From: the human T2T-CHM13v2.0 reference genome, Homo sapiens
DNA length: 64,000 nt
Strand: one strand, 5' to 3'
NCBI RefSeq assembly: GCF_009914755.1
Contig: NC_060933.1
The notes below the pieces were generated by a model. The model did not search any database, had not been told where the DNA came from, and saw only the letters and a program-made list of their open reading frames with translations. The translations under genes were made by a program, and so were the position numbers. Shown here one piece after another: positions 28,414 to 42,929 of this stretch. How positions within the stretch are numbered: position 1 is the first letter of the stretch; each line of letters begins with the position of its first letter.

Positions 28414-31400
28414 AGTTAACGGCTATCCTAGAGGGATACACTTTGAAGAAGAAAAATCTCTGAGAACAAACTTCAGAGGCAGCATTCTACTGCAACATCC
28501 AAATCAGATTAAAATTATAAAGGGCTATTGTTCTAATGCTGGCAATAAACTAAAATTACCAGGAAAAGGCTATGAACCCAGCCTCAGCACATTTTGCCTG
28601 ATTTGTAGAAGCCATCACCTCATCAGGAAAACACCTGTTATTCACTCACCTTTATTAACTCGATGCCAAGTATCATTAGTACAGCTATGCTATGATAATG
28701 CTCTATTCATTCTATCAGCAAATGCCCTAAATGTCTATCACTGGAGTACAGCCTCTGTTTCAATAAAATACCATAACTAAATATGAAAAAGGGAGGCCAT
28801 GCATCCCTGGTACTCGCCCTGACCCAGTACTTTCCAATAATAAATTGGGCTTGATTACATCAGGGCTGGGGATCCCAGATGATTATTTTTAATGAACTTT
28901 CAAACTGACACTTGTCTGTTAATAATTTAGTTAAAATCCCAATGTTTGCTTGCTGCTGTTCCTCTCGAGAGACCCCTCTGCAAATTCTGGGTAGGAACTA
29001 CTTCACCCATCTACCTAATACCACCCTCACCATTTTCCAAGCTTTGCTAAGCCCTGGTTCCTTATTTCCATGAAATCCTCCAAACCTTGATGGAGATATG
29101 GTTTCATTTCTCATCCTTGTAAAAATAAGTCTTTCAGAGCACCTTTATCTCCTCAACATGTTTGGTGATTCCTTTGTCTTGAATTTCAGTAGCAGAAGTT
29201 CAAGTTATTACTTTTGTACGTGTGCAGCAAATAGAAATTGTTGGTGCTAATGGGAGCTTATGTTCAATTCAAGTATAAAAGTTGTTCAAGTATCAAACAA
29301 AACTGTTGGTTTATGAGTGTTAGTAACTTCTCTGAATATTCAAAATGATGTCCCATCAGTGCTATCTAATTTGGGCATTCACATGATCATTATTTTAATA
29401 TAACACCAGCCTCTTTCATCTCAGCAATAGATAGCGCCAGACTGTGGCAGTATCAGCAAACCTGAGGGCTGCCAACAGCTCTTGAGTCACTGGGGAATGC
29501 TAGTGAAGTTCACTTTAAAGAAAATGATCCTCACTTTTCCATGCATTCACAGGCTTCCTTTTGATTTTCGTGTTGAGCCTATTGACTTCAAAGTATCCTT
29601 TCAGGATCACTCAGAAGGCCAGAGACTCATCCGTGTTCTGATTCCTTGACTTTGCTCCATGCTCAGCATTTGTTTGAAATCTGCGGGGTGCCTGGCTAGA
29701 AGAATCTCAATAGGTGGCAAGGAGAGACAAGTGTCTGGTCTCAAACCTTCTTTCTGGAATGATTACAAAACCAAGTCGAGACAGGGGAACTGGGTATCAT
29801 CTTGCCAATGAGTCATCTTCCGAAAATGAGTAATCAGATGCAGCATGGCAGGAGAATGGCTACAAAGGAAGGCCCGTTGTATAGGGTGCTTACACCTCCC
29901 TCCACTGCCTGTGCAAGCTTCACCATTTTGAAATCTCAGAAAATTGGACCTACACTATAATTTGAAGGAAAATAATCTTCCGATTCACAAATTATTAAAT
30001 TACGTGGGTATAAATGAGAAGTCAATATCGATGAAGATAGCTATCTTTAGTCTCATATTCCTAATTGCAGCTCAGGATTTTCCCTATGGAATGAATGGAT
30101 GAATAAAAGAAACCCCTCCCAGAAGAGCCCTAAGGATTCTAAAAAGATGCACAGAGTTGCATAGAGATTCCTCTATCTGGCTCATTCTGAAGCCAGCATT
30201 GTTCTAATAATGGGAACCAGATGGCTTATCAACGTAAAATTCAGCCCAGTATGTAACTTCATGTAACCATAGTCCTGCTGTCTGTCCCCTTTCTTTGGTC
30301 CATATGGTTGACTCTAAAATATACTTGACCATGATACAAAAACATAGAAGGATCACGTGGGTGGCCACAGTGATGAAATATTCCAGGCTTTGCATCCCAC
30401 CCATGACAAAGGACTTGCCGGCCAGTCATTTGCCTCTAATTCAGCTTTGTAATTATTTTCACTTAACTATTAAACACATTCTGAACAATTTTTACATCAT
30501 TTGCAGTCTAGACTATGCTTAGATGAAATAAGATCAAATGGCTGAAACATACAGAAATTCAGACAAAGCAGGAATTTATCATTCTCTGGGATTAAGCTAC
30601 TTGGTTGTTTCATGAAACTGAACAGTCCATTTTTTTAAATTAGTTTCTATTTTCACAAACTGATTTTATCACTTGAACCCAGCCGGGTGCACCAATGTTT
30701 GCCAAGATGAAAGCTTTTTCACAATGCTAATGTCCTCAGACCACATATTTGAATTCTTCATGCTGTCACACTTTCATAGGATTTTTGAAATAAGTAAGGT
30801 AAAAAAATAAGAATTCACAGGCATCTCCCCCAAAGCTTTCTGGGACCCCATGAAAGCAACTTGCCACTATTTGTAGATCACTCCTCAGAGTATGCTGGGA
30901 GCCAGCTGTTGATGTGCAGTTTTTCCAGAGACTGAAGATATGGGCCACATCATATTAATCTGGGCAATGACTCTTTTGAGCAAGTCCCAGATAAAGTTAG
31001 TGATTTGCAAAAGCTTTTATCAGTTGCTTGATGGCTTTTGCAGAGTGGAACACTACATGACCCATGTGATTTGTTTTCATTTACAAAGGTGCAGAGGCTT
31101 TGAATTTAAAAATGGAACGTTTTCTTCTCGTGCCAAACGTAAACAATTTAACATCCATTTCCTATCCAGCTATTTTACCAGTTCAAAAGAGTTTATACGA
31201 ATCTTATCTGTATTGTATTTCCTGCTGATTGGCAGTGCCTCCTGCTTCAGCTGGGAAGCCAAAAATGTGCTGGCTCGGATTTGAACAGGAAAGGCCTAAC
31301 AAAGAAAACTGGGAAATAAATGTAATGAGTGGTTACGGGGTGCTGAAAACTATACTTATCATTTCTTATTCTCGTGGAGTTGGTGCTGCCATATTGATTT

Positions 31401-32349
31401 ATGCCTGGGAAGTCTTTTATGGAAACACACAACAAAAGCTTCAGATTATTTTGTCAACAAGAAAACACAGTTTACCATTTGTCTTCAAAGTCCCCATTTA
31501 GTCCTGATTTGAGTGGTTCCATATTCCTTGCTGCTGAGACTCCCTGAGCCCTGGAGGAGGTTTGCATTGGATACAGTAAATCTCCATAAAAGATAAAGGC
31601 CTCCAGAATGCCACAGAGCTTGTTTTCAAGGCCAGTTAAATAATTTGATAGGGACCATGAGGAGTCCAGAGAACAGAAAGTATGTGGCTATTTCAGGCCA
31701 ACTTAGACTCAGTTTACTGGGCCCCTGAGACCAATTTTTTTCCTTCCAGAATGGAAAGACATTTATTGGGCCTATTGTTTGAAGGTCTTCAGTCTCTTTC
31801 TCACATTCAAAGCTTGGATGATTGGAAAGGAGAGAAGGAAAAGAACAAAAACAGCCGTCTAGACATCTCCTAGTGGAATATTACATTTATAAACCATTTT
31901 CCTTGCCTTGTCTTAACAATACATTATGAACTGAGATAAAAAGATCATAAACTTGTGTTCTATTGTAAAGAGGTCCGGCAAGAGTTATGGTTTTCTTGAA
32001 AAAATCAACTATTAATTGTTACTTTGAGGTCACACGACCCAACAATTTCTATGAAAGGCCTTCAGCTGCCATTTCCAGTAATGTTCTCATTTGCCCTCAG
32101 CTTCCCCACCCCTACCCTACACTCCACCCCAATTTCCACTCCAATCTCAATACTCAATTTAATTGGGCTTACCAAGTATATGGGGAGTGCATTATTTTTT
32201 CGATACATACCCTGAGGTTCCTGTCAGTCAACCTCATGTCTGCCACTATCATCTAATTGTTGGATCCTTGTATTAAACATAAGACACAGTTTAAGGTAAC
32301 TTTAGCACTGACTAAGGAGGAGCAGTGTGTGGACATGCTTTCTGAGGCT

Positions 32350-32500
32350 CTCTAGGCAAGATATGGTTGTAGTAAAAACAACACTACAGGCATCGCAGCT
32401 TCCAGTCCTTGGGTAAGCCACGTAACCTCTCTGAGCCTCCATTTACTCATCAATAAAACAAGAGCATGGAGCCTGATAACCAAAAAGTCACTGATTCTTG
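32350..32500 (+). mobile_element. MIR fragment
   Basis: ccttgggtaagccacgtaacctctctgagcctccatttactcatc. Confidence 0.7.
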
Positions 32501-34084
32501 ATTTTTTTTTTTAAGTTTTTAAGCAGATCATTGTGTTTCCCAGAAGCTGAATACTTCCTTGAAAGGTTACTTCCAGGCATTAGATGCCCTTGCTATGAAG
32601 AGCACAAAGTGTTCTACTGCAATACACATATCCTGATCTTCATATAAATACCTTCCATTTGTTCAATGCTGTTGGTTTACCAAGTGTTGACCCACCGGCT
32701 AACTTCTCACCAGCACACCAGTGCTGTGGGTAACAGTGTCAGCTGCTGTCTGTGGCATAGTGACACTCTGAAGAGCAAATGGGATGGTGCATATGATCGG
32801 AAAATATATGGTAAACTAAAACTCACCATTCAGAAACTGTAATTGACATTTCACAGAACTTTCCCACCCTCCTGTTCTTTTTTGCATGCCTTTTTTTTTT
32901 CCTCCTTACAAGGAAATATACTGATTTCCTGTCCCTGTATTTACATATGCTTTCCACTTGAAAGGTCATCAATTATTTGGACAATGATAACAAGATATTT
33001 CATTAAAAAATAATCTCCAAATATTGGGCAACTCCAGAGATGGAATACTCTCATTAAAGTTTATTTGATGATATGCAGTTAAAACTGAAGGAAGAAGCAT
33101 ACAATTTGTTAGCCTCACAAAACCCAGCCTCAGAGCACCAGAGTTGAGACTATTTTTAAGGAAGCTACAAGTTCATTTAAATGATACACCCAATTTGTAC
33201 ATTTTGCTTCTTACCAATGCACTAGTCCTAGAGTAGTAATGTCTGGCTCAAACTAAATGATGTTTGTTTTGTATATAAAAAAAAAAAATATGTTAAAGCA
33301 TTGAATAGGTGGATGAACAAATTGCCTTCCCATTAATATACATTGCACTAATAGCTGACTAATGGGTGGTAGTTATTGTGTAGCCTACTTCACCAAGGAT
33401 GGAGAAGTATTATCAGTGGGTCTTGTACGCTTTCTTTTACCTGTTTGTTTTCCACCCCAAGGGAAAAATATTAGGCTTATTAGGTACCCGCACTATTTAG
33501 GCTTCTTTGAAATTTGAAACTATACAGAGTTCTACTCTAACATACCAGCCCTTCAGATAGGTGGTCCTGATGTTTCATTCTTAATCTACTGGAGAGACTG
33601 GTAGGGCCATCTATTAGGTTAATTTATGCCGGGGCACTAGGAGGACCTGTGCCCCAACATAAATGAAGAGCTAATTACTCTTGGATTTCTTGGATATATG
33701 TGAGGATATATGTTTTCTTGGATATATGTGAGGGGGTGGGGCCTACATAATCTCCAGTTTCCCTCATGACATTAATATCTTATGGTTCTATGAAAGCAGC
33801 ACCTCTGCTCACAGAGTTGTGTTTGTTCACATACAATAAATAAAAATGAAAGTGTTGATAAATAGTTATCTCTAGTGGGATTGCTGGTGATTTTTAACTT
33901 ATCTAAACTTTCCTTTATCAGAACTTTTTTACAATTAACATAAATGATTTTATAATTAAATGAAACAAAATAAAATCCTTTTCACTTTGAGGAAAAAAAT
34001 ACATAATTCTAGGAGGAAAAAGGCATCAACAACAACAAAATATTAATTTCTGGCTCTTCGCTCAGAGCCATGTCTTTCAGACTT

Positions 34085-34200
34085 TAACCCTCAATTGATG
34101 GGTCCCACCCTGGAGATTCTGATTCAATAACTCAGGATGGGGCCTGAGAATTTCCATGTTTCACAAGCCTAAGGATGACACTTTGAGGAACTTGGCTGTA
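34085..34200. mobile_element. MER5-like fragment
   Basis: gggtcccaccctggagattctgattcaa...gatggggcctgagaattt. Confidence 0.7.
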
Positions 34201-36514
34201 ACAGTGAACCATCATGTGGATATGTTTTTTGGCTTATATTTATGACTGAGTCAGTTCTGCCTCAAATTATTTTTTTGTCTGTGACTATCACAGTGAGAAG
34301 GGAAAATTCCTGCATCCATATCCACTTAACTTAAGAATCTCACCATCACACTTAATGTGTTGTTTCTAATTCCCTCACATAGAAGCATCTGGAGCTAAAG
34401 AATTGTCCTAAGGCTCAGTTCCACTGGAAAAGTGTGTTTCTACCCCAGATGAGACTTAAACCCAGAATGTTTAGTTCAGCATCCCAGAGTTTAATCCATT
34501 TGGGCCTTAGGACCCCAGGACCCTCCAAAACCATGCATTGAGAAAACACAGACAGCTATCTAAAGTCAGGGCAAATCAATGGGGCAGTGGCTTGGAACGA
34601 GTTTCCTGTTGGAGCTCTGGCACTAGCACGTGCTCTCAGTAACAAAATCACAGGTCATCCCTAGGCAACGGATTAGCTGGTCAGTGAACTGAACTTTGTT
34701 TCATCACCGAGTTTTATCTGAAATGTCAAGGAAGAAAAAGTCACAGAGAAAGAAGGAGGCAGGGCAGGGAGAGAGAGAGAAAAATGGTTTCTAAGAGCTC
34801 TCAATATTAACTTACTAAGGGGTGCATCCTATGTAAATTATCTACTTTCTAATTTAAAAAAATAACTTGACTGAAAATAAGCACTGGGTTAATTACAATT
34901 TTGCTGCTTTGACCACATCACTGAGGTCTAAATGACAGAAAAAAAGTAAAGTGGATCTTCTAACCACAGAATGCCTTCCATTTGCAAGTCTTCGCCACAG
35001 AAGCAGCCATAATGCTAATATTTATGGGAGCTTACTGGGTGCCTTCTGTTCCCTGAGTTAGTCATCCCCACGTGATTACTTTAAACAGGAAAGCCCAAAG
35101 CACCAATCTTTGAATGGTTTCAGGGTCAGTGTCACTTTGGCAACATTGTTCTTTGGTATTTTGCTCTAGATTTAGAGCTAAAGAACCTTTCTTACGTATC
35201 TCACGTGTGTGTGCATTCATTACCTCCTGCGAATGCTTATGTGTGATATATAAGGAAGTGTATGCAAGTACATGTGCCTGAAGTAGGGGTAAATACTGCA
35301 CTTGATTTATTTAGGGGGTCAATTCCCTTCCTTCTTCCTTTCAGTGGTTCTCTTCTCCACCTTATTTCAGAAGGGGAAAAGGAGGGATGAAGAAAGAGAA
35401 AGGACGAGGAAAAGAAAATGAAGAAGAATGAAAAGAGGGGGGAGAGGAGAGAAAATGGTGTGTACGAGCAAATAAGGGAGCAGGATTTAGAAAGGAAGAA
35501 ATGGAGGAGGGGCTTTGGGAATCCCAGCTTTCCTCTGCCTTATCTGTTCTTTCTTCTCTTTCCTGCAATTCTGCAATTCCCAGGCTGCCAGACCCGTCCC
35601 CCAGGCCTCTCCCATCCATTTCCCAACCTGTGCATGCTGAAGTCTCATACCTCTGGGTATGACCCCCAGCATTCCAGCTAACATCAGAAATTCTAAAAAA
35701 CTTTTTGTTCCCATCATTAAGATAGAACCAAGAGGCTACTTAAAGAAAACACAAAAGGCTATAAGGAATTTCCGACACTCCAATTCTTTACAACCACACA
35801 TGATGAGTGCACAGCTCCTTTCCTCCCTCCTAAGCTGCAGAGACCTATTTAAATATATGCAGAAGAATGCCAGCAGCCCTCCTTAAACTGAGGGCAAAAC
35901 TGCCCATTACATGGCACCCCATTATGCATTCCATTCTTTGCAGGGTTTTATTTTGAGGATGTACATTGCTGGGTAAAGAGGGGCCTTTAGGGTAGAGTAT
36001 ATTTCAAAACACAATTAAAATAAACTCTTCAAGTGGAAATGTAAAATGCATTTGTATTCTATTAAAGCCTTTGGCTTATCAACTGCAGAGTGCTCCTTTA
36101 CAAGGTCATTAGTAACCAGCATCACACAGTGGCCAACAAGCATCAGCTGCACAAAAACAGACAGGGGCCCAAACACCACAATCACTTCCTGTACCTGTTC
36201 TTGTTTGCTTGCTGAGCCCTCGAAATTGGGAGTTGCTGAAATACATAAAAGCGTAACAGCTTGAGTCAATATTTGCCGGCCTAAGCGAGTGATTTTGTTT
36301 AGTGAGGTGACTGAACCCCTTGAATAAATACATCTCCTTGTATGTAGGAGAACAACCCCAGGCAGGCCCTTCGAGGAGGGCTAAGGGCAGAACTAGAACT
36401 GCCCTTGGGGTGGAACTTGGGGTGGGGGGCAGCGGCGCTGAGTCTTCCAAGGATCTTGCTCTGGTTCTTTCCCTGCAATTCTCTGCATCTAGCTGCACTC
36501 TCCTGCTTCTAGAC

Positions 36515-36679
36515 TAAAGGTTCGCATCATCATCACCTGGGAGGCTTGATCAAAAGCTGATGGCTGGGCACAGAGCTCTGATTCAGGAAGTAGGGGGTGG
36601 GCCTAAGAATCTGCATTTTTACAAGTTCCTAGGTAATGCTGATGCTGTGGGTTTGGGGAACACACTTTGAGAACCACTG
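36515..36679. mobile_element. MER5A hAT-Charlie element
   Basis: gggcctaagaatctgcatttttacaagttcctaggtaatgctgatgctg...cacactttgagaaccactg; 8-bp TSD ttctagac/gtctagac. Confidence 0.9.
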
Positions 36680-36687
36680 GTCTAGAC

Positions 36688-37311
<624 letters not shown>

Positions 37312-37597
37312 TTCTTTCTAGATCATTCTCTGAGCATTCCAGGAGCTAGAAATTCTCAGCCCTAAAAACATAGGCCTGCTTCCAGGGCCTGGGCATCCCA
37401 CAGGATATACCAGGCTGTGGGAGTGAGTGCACATCCCCAGGCTCAAGGGTTGCCCTGATGGTGGTTGACAGTTGAGAGGGTGAGGGGTTTGGGAATGAAC
37501 TTGGACAAAAGGGCTGGGGTGTCCATAGGCATGAAGACATGGGCCCTTGAGGTGTAGAATAGAGTCTGGGTGGGGAGAAAAATGGGGCAACCTGAGC

Positions 37598-37700
37598 TGT
37601 GTGTGTGTATATATATAGAGAGAGAGAGACAGAGAGAAAGAGAGAGAGAGAGAGAGGGAGAAGTGAGAGCAAGAGAAAGAGAGAGAGAAGGAGAAGTGAG
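37598..37700. repeat. (TG)n(TA)n(GA)n compound microsatellite
   Basis: Read directly from the sequence. Confidence 0.9.
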
Positions 37701-39106
37701 AGCCAGATAGGTGAGGTGCTTCCATTTATTCCATTCCAGGCTCAGCTACAGAAAAATCCATTCCCCCTAACACACCCTTAATGGATTTTGCAGAAAGTTC
37801 CCCTTATTGCTGCATTCACCACGTCTCACCTGTCTTCAGGGCACTTAGCTTTTGGGTTTGGAGCTATCCCAGGGCACTGCTCATAAAAGGAGACACCTCA
37901 CTTTGCTGCAGGCCTCTCCTTCCAGGCTTTTTTCTTTCTTTTACGAGTGGCTTGGAGTCTGACTTGAAGGAGCGATCATAAAGAGAATGATTGCTTTTAC
38001 GCTGGCTGCAATGAGAAAAGGATTCTGTGAGGAGGGAGTTATACATGGAAATCAATACCAGCATTGGAAAGCATCCCCTTTTGCCTATATAAGTGCTACC
38101 CACAGGGTCAATAGCTGGAATTAACCTGGACCCTTTCATTATTATTGTTATTTTTAATAAAGCTGCTTTACGATAGACTCTGATGTGAGCTCCCAGGCTG
38201 CAGCTGCACCGATGTAAAGGGAGTGAAAAAATAGTTTTATATAAAAGTTATCTTTTGTCCCAGTGGGTACCACTCCCCAGTCGCACCTCCCTCCCCGTCT
38301 CAGTCTCTATAGACTCAGAGGGGGAGAGTGAAATTCAGCTTTTTATAAACATAAGCAGAGACCAACATAAAAAAGAATGTGCTCATTGCTCTGATTTTAT
38401 ACATTGTGTAATTTGTAATGCACAATAATAGAAATTAGTTTTTGTAGGTATGGCTGTATTAAATGCTGACTACATGCCGGACCCTATCTTTGGTACTGTA
38501 CTGACCTCATTTAATTCTTTCGACAATCCTTTATGATGAATCAATGGACATCCAGGATGGACAAATGTGTCAGGGAAGGTAATAAGTAGTTGAGAGGCTA
38601 TGTGCTACCAGGCTTTTTGACTCCCAGACCTATGCTGTTTGCTGGATCAGAAAAATTGACTTGATGGGTTCTTCTTCTTTGTTAAAACAGGTGTTGAAAG
38701 CCTCAGGTGTCTGCCCATGTACCTTATTTGGGCAAACTTCTGCCATTCCTTCTGTTAAGCTCTACAAAGATGAAGCAGTAAAAAATTATTTTCACCATAA
38801 ACCTAGATTCAGTCTTTGAATCCTCTGATTTTCTCACACCTCACGACCATTCTTCAGGAAATCCTGTTAGGTCTACCTTTAAAATACATCCAGACTCTGA
38901 CAACTTATGCCACCCCCACTGGTTGTCACTTCCCCTTTTGTCCCTGTATGGACTGCACTTCATACAGAAGCCAGAGTGAAACATTATTAAGTTAGGGCAT
39001 AACCAGTTCCATATTCAAAATCTTCCAGTGGTTTCCCATCTCATTCAGAGTAAAAGCCAAATTCTTTGCAGAGTGCTCTAAGGCCCTACGTGTTCTTCCC
39101 TGAACA

Positions 39107-39107
39107 G

Positions 39108-39140
<33 letters not shown>

Positions 39141-39451
39141 TACACACATGCACACACAAACGCATACACATACACACTCAACACACATGCTCACACACAT
39201 GCACACAACACGGACACATACATGCTCAACACACATACACACACTACACACATGCACATGTACACACATACACTTATACACACTCAACACATATGCATGC
39301 ACACATACACCACACATTGTCTATACTCATGCATACATATACATATGTACATATACACACTCAAAAGATATATACACTCAGCACATACACTCAACACATA
39401 GACCCACACTCAACACACACTCAACAGACATGTACACACATGCATACACAC
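39107..39451. repeat. (CA)n and degenerate CA/CATA-rich tract
   Basis: ~345 bp of largely alternating purine-pyrimidine sequence. Confidence 0.95.
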
Positions 39452-39861
39452 CGATGGTTTGCATTTGTGTTCCCACCCAAATCTCATGTGGAAATGTAAT
39501 CCCCAGTGTTGGAGGATGGGCCTGGTGTGTGGTGATTGGATCATGGGGATGGTTTCTAATGGGTTAGCACCATCCTCCCAGTGCTGTGTTGTGATAGAGT
39601 TCTCCCATGATCTGCTTGTTTTAAAAGTGTATAACACTCCTCTCCTCACTCTCTTCTTCCTGCCAGCCATGTAAAACATGCTTGCTTCCCCTTCACCTAC
39701 TGCCATGATTGTCAGTTTCCTGAGATCTTCCTCCCAGAAGCTTTTACTCTGTACAGAAGCCTGTGCAGCCTGCAGAACCGTGAGCTAACTAAACCTCTTT
39801 TCATTATAAATTACCCAGTCTCGGGTATGTCTTTATAGCAATGTGAGAATGGACTAATAAA
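39452..39861 (+). mobile_element. MSTA-like MaLR solo LTR
   Basis: atggtttgcatttgtgttcccacccaaatctcatg...ataaattacccagtctcgggtatgtctttatagcaatgtgagaatggactaata; cacac on both flanks. Confidence 0.9.
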
Positions 39862-41649
39862 CACACACTCCTATTTTATCTTCTCTAACTTTCCCCCTTC
39901 CCCACATGTCTCCAGCCACATTGTCTCATTATAGCTCTTCAAACTCACCAAACACCCTCCTGCCTCTGAGCCTTTGCACTAGCTATTCCCTCTGCCTGGA
40001 ACACTTTTCACTCATTTAATAAAATGGTTCATTCTCTCACTTCCATCTGATGTATATCCAAATGTTTTCTTATCAGACAGAATTCTGCCCTGACTAACTT
40101 ACAAAAAATATCAACCCCTCATTTCTTATCATCCTCACTGTGCTGCTTTTCTTTCTGGCACTTTCTACTACTCAACATGTTAAATATTTATTTGTTTGTT
40201 TGCTGTCTCACCTGCACCCCACCCTCCTCATCAAATTTAGGCTTCAAAAAGGCTTGTTTGGTCTGCTGCCAAAACAGTTACTGGAACAGGTAGTGTCAGC
40301 AATAACACTTGTGGAGTGGATGAATGGTAACTCTTTGAATGCTATCAGAATCAAGAAGAGAGGCAATAAAATACGTCTTAGGACAATGATTGGGTGCCCA
40401 GATGTAGAGAGCCTCCCCACTGGGAGCCAGTCCTAACAGAATCCCTCAAATGCCAACCCAGGAGGAGTTTCAGCACCACCTCTGAGCTAGGGGTCAACAC
40501 TTATTCAGTCTAATGCCACTTATAAGTGTCTTTGTCCATGACATTTGTGACATTGAATAAAGTGAGAGCACTGCAGTTCACCATGTTGTTTCCCATGATC
40601 CTCTGCGCTCTTCAGAACTCTGAGGAGGACAGGCTGGCATCAGTGTGGGACATTGGGTGGTCATTCAGCAGGGTGGTTCTAAAGCCTCCATTCCTTCTTG
40701 GCTATGCTGTCGCATCTGTCTGAATCCTTTAGGGAAAATGATATAAAGAACAACTGGCAACTTGTAGACTTCACTAAATCTTTGTGCCAGGTGATTCCCT
40801 CAAGATAACTTTCTAGACATTAAGCTAGGTGGGCTCGTGGGTTGAGCATTGAAGCATAAAGCAGAGTTGGAGAAAGCTGGTCTGCTGCTCAGGGGATAAC
40901 CTGATCAGGGCTCAACATATAATTCAGGTCCTTCACCTCTTCTATCTGATATGAATGCAGCAGTCCTAGGGATGATAATTTGGGAGAGCCTCAACCCCTC
41001 AGAACAGAACAGCGTGCTGACCAATTTAAATTGACCCTTGCCAGCTGGCAACTAGACCACATGCTTACTTGCACACACACAAACCCAGGCAGTGTGGCAA
41101 TTCCCATCTGTCTTTTCACTCTTTTCTGGCTTTGAGATCTTGCCATAATGGCTGGGATGTCTTTGTTAGGTCAAAGAACCAGTAATTTAAAATCTCCATA
41201 TCATCATGTTTGGTTCAGGTACCGTCTCACTATAGGTATGTGTGCCTCATGAGCCAGAAACAGCAGCCTGCATCAAGAAAGACTGGGAAGAAGGCTCCAG
41301 CCTCCCAGCGATATTTTAGAGTGTCTTCAGCTGCCTTCGCAGGAGAATAGTTCACAGGGGTAATATATTCTAGGAGTCTGCTGGAATGCTCAACTGACAA
41401 GAGCCCTATTGAGATGCTGCTCATTCCCCTGGGAGCTTTTCTGTTTACATGTGCCTTTGCTCATCTTTCAGCTAAATTGGAAAGCTGAATGGAAACTTCA
41501 GTGTTGAGAGCACAAAATGGATTTTGATGCTTAAAAGGACTTTTATACATAAAAGCCCAGAGTTAACACACCTCACGTGTAGGCTATTCTAAAACTCCAG
41601 AATTTGGGAGTTGGTTAGAACTGTAGGAATTCCTTTCTCTGAAGTCCAG

Positions 41650-41842
41650 TATGGTAACTGCTAGCCATGTGTGTCTATTTACATTAAAATTTACAATAAT
41701 TTAAATCAAGTAAAATTTTAAAATTCCATTTCTTTGTCGTACTAGCTAGTCACAAGCCACATGTGGCTAGTGACTGTTCTATTGGACAGCACAAATACAG
41801 AACACTTCCAGCATCTCTAAAAGCTCCATTGAACAGCACTGG
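41650..41842. mobile_element. MER3-like hAT-Charlie element
   Basis: agccacatgtggctagtgac...tattggacagcac...ccattgaacagcactg. Confidence 0.8.
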
Positions 41843-42852
41843 CTGACTGGAGAGACTGCTCCCCTCATTTTGTAGAAAAGAAAACAGAAGCTTATAAAGG
41901 TCAAGGTCAAGTGTCTTGCCCTCTTGTCTTAGAGATAGTATCTTGGCTGCAATTAGAAAAGACACAGGTTGTCTTCCTTTGTCCTTTCATACTACCAGTC
42001 CATCTCTCATCTCTGATGATAGTATCAAATGTTATTCTAACAATATCCAGCACAGGCACAAATGAAGGAAAGCAAGCTGGTGGCACAGTTAACCAAGATG
42101 AGTTTAAACATGAGTGGTTGCAAAATTAAATGGAGTCAGAAAATCCTATCTTCTCCATGAAACCCTCCAGGACTAACATGAAGAGGGGAGAGTTTTCCCC
42201 AGTAGTACTCTGCTTAAGCCTTCAGCTCACAAGGCTGACTCAGTTACTATTATTACTAAGTTACTTAGTAGGTACTCAGTTACCACTAAGGGATTGCATT
42301 CCTTATTTGCCTAATAAATGCATTTTATCATAGTTCTTGGGTTTCATATGTTAAATATCATGTGGGATTTTAATTACCTCAGTAACTCCAGAAAAGCTTG
42401 CTTTATACTATACAGAGCACCTTTAGTAACATTTGGGCCCTTGCAACCAATAAGCAATAATGGCTGCTATTAGCTTGTGTATGGAAGAAACTATTTTCAA
42501 TTCACGTGTAATTAAAAATTTGCACTACAGCCTAAGGTATCAGAGTTGAGCAGGCCATGGTTCTATGGTTAAGGGCTCTCCACATAAAGAAAGCTAAAAA
42601 AATTCCTATGAAGCCCAGAACATGTCTACATACAGGAATCTCTCTCTGGCCATTTACTCAATTTCCCTAGGCACTGTAAGAATCTCACATTTCGGTCAAA
42701 GGACTGCAAGCAAATATTACATTTTTTAGGGCTGATATGGACCTGAGAAAACTTCTAGAATTCCTGAAGTTCAGAGACAATATCTTTATTCATTTGTATC
42801 CCCATTACTCAACACTGTGTCCGGAACATAGTAGATGTTCAGCCAATGTCAA

Positions 42853-42929
42853 GGGAGGAAGGGATGAAGGGAGGGAGGAGGGGAGGAAGAAAGAGAGGGA
42901 AGAAGGGAAAGGAAGGAGGGAAGGGAAAA
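42853..42929. repeat. (GGAA/GGGA)n purine-rich repeat at an L2 tail
   Basis: Read directly; preceded by an L2-like 3' end (ttgtatcccc...catagtagatgttca). Confidence 0.8.

Larger units (their letters stand above)
38790..40325 (+). mobile_element. L2 3' region interrupted by a CA-rich tract and MSTA
   Basis: tcaaaatcttccagtggtttcccatctcattcagagtaaaagccaa...cctttgcactagctattccctctgcctggaacact...gagtggatgaatg. Confidence 0.8.

Noticed and set aside
38992-39706. His/Thr- and Cys/Val-rich ORFs
   Set aside because: Translations of the CA-rich tract and the MSTA LTR.
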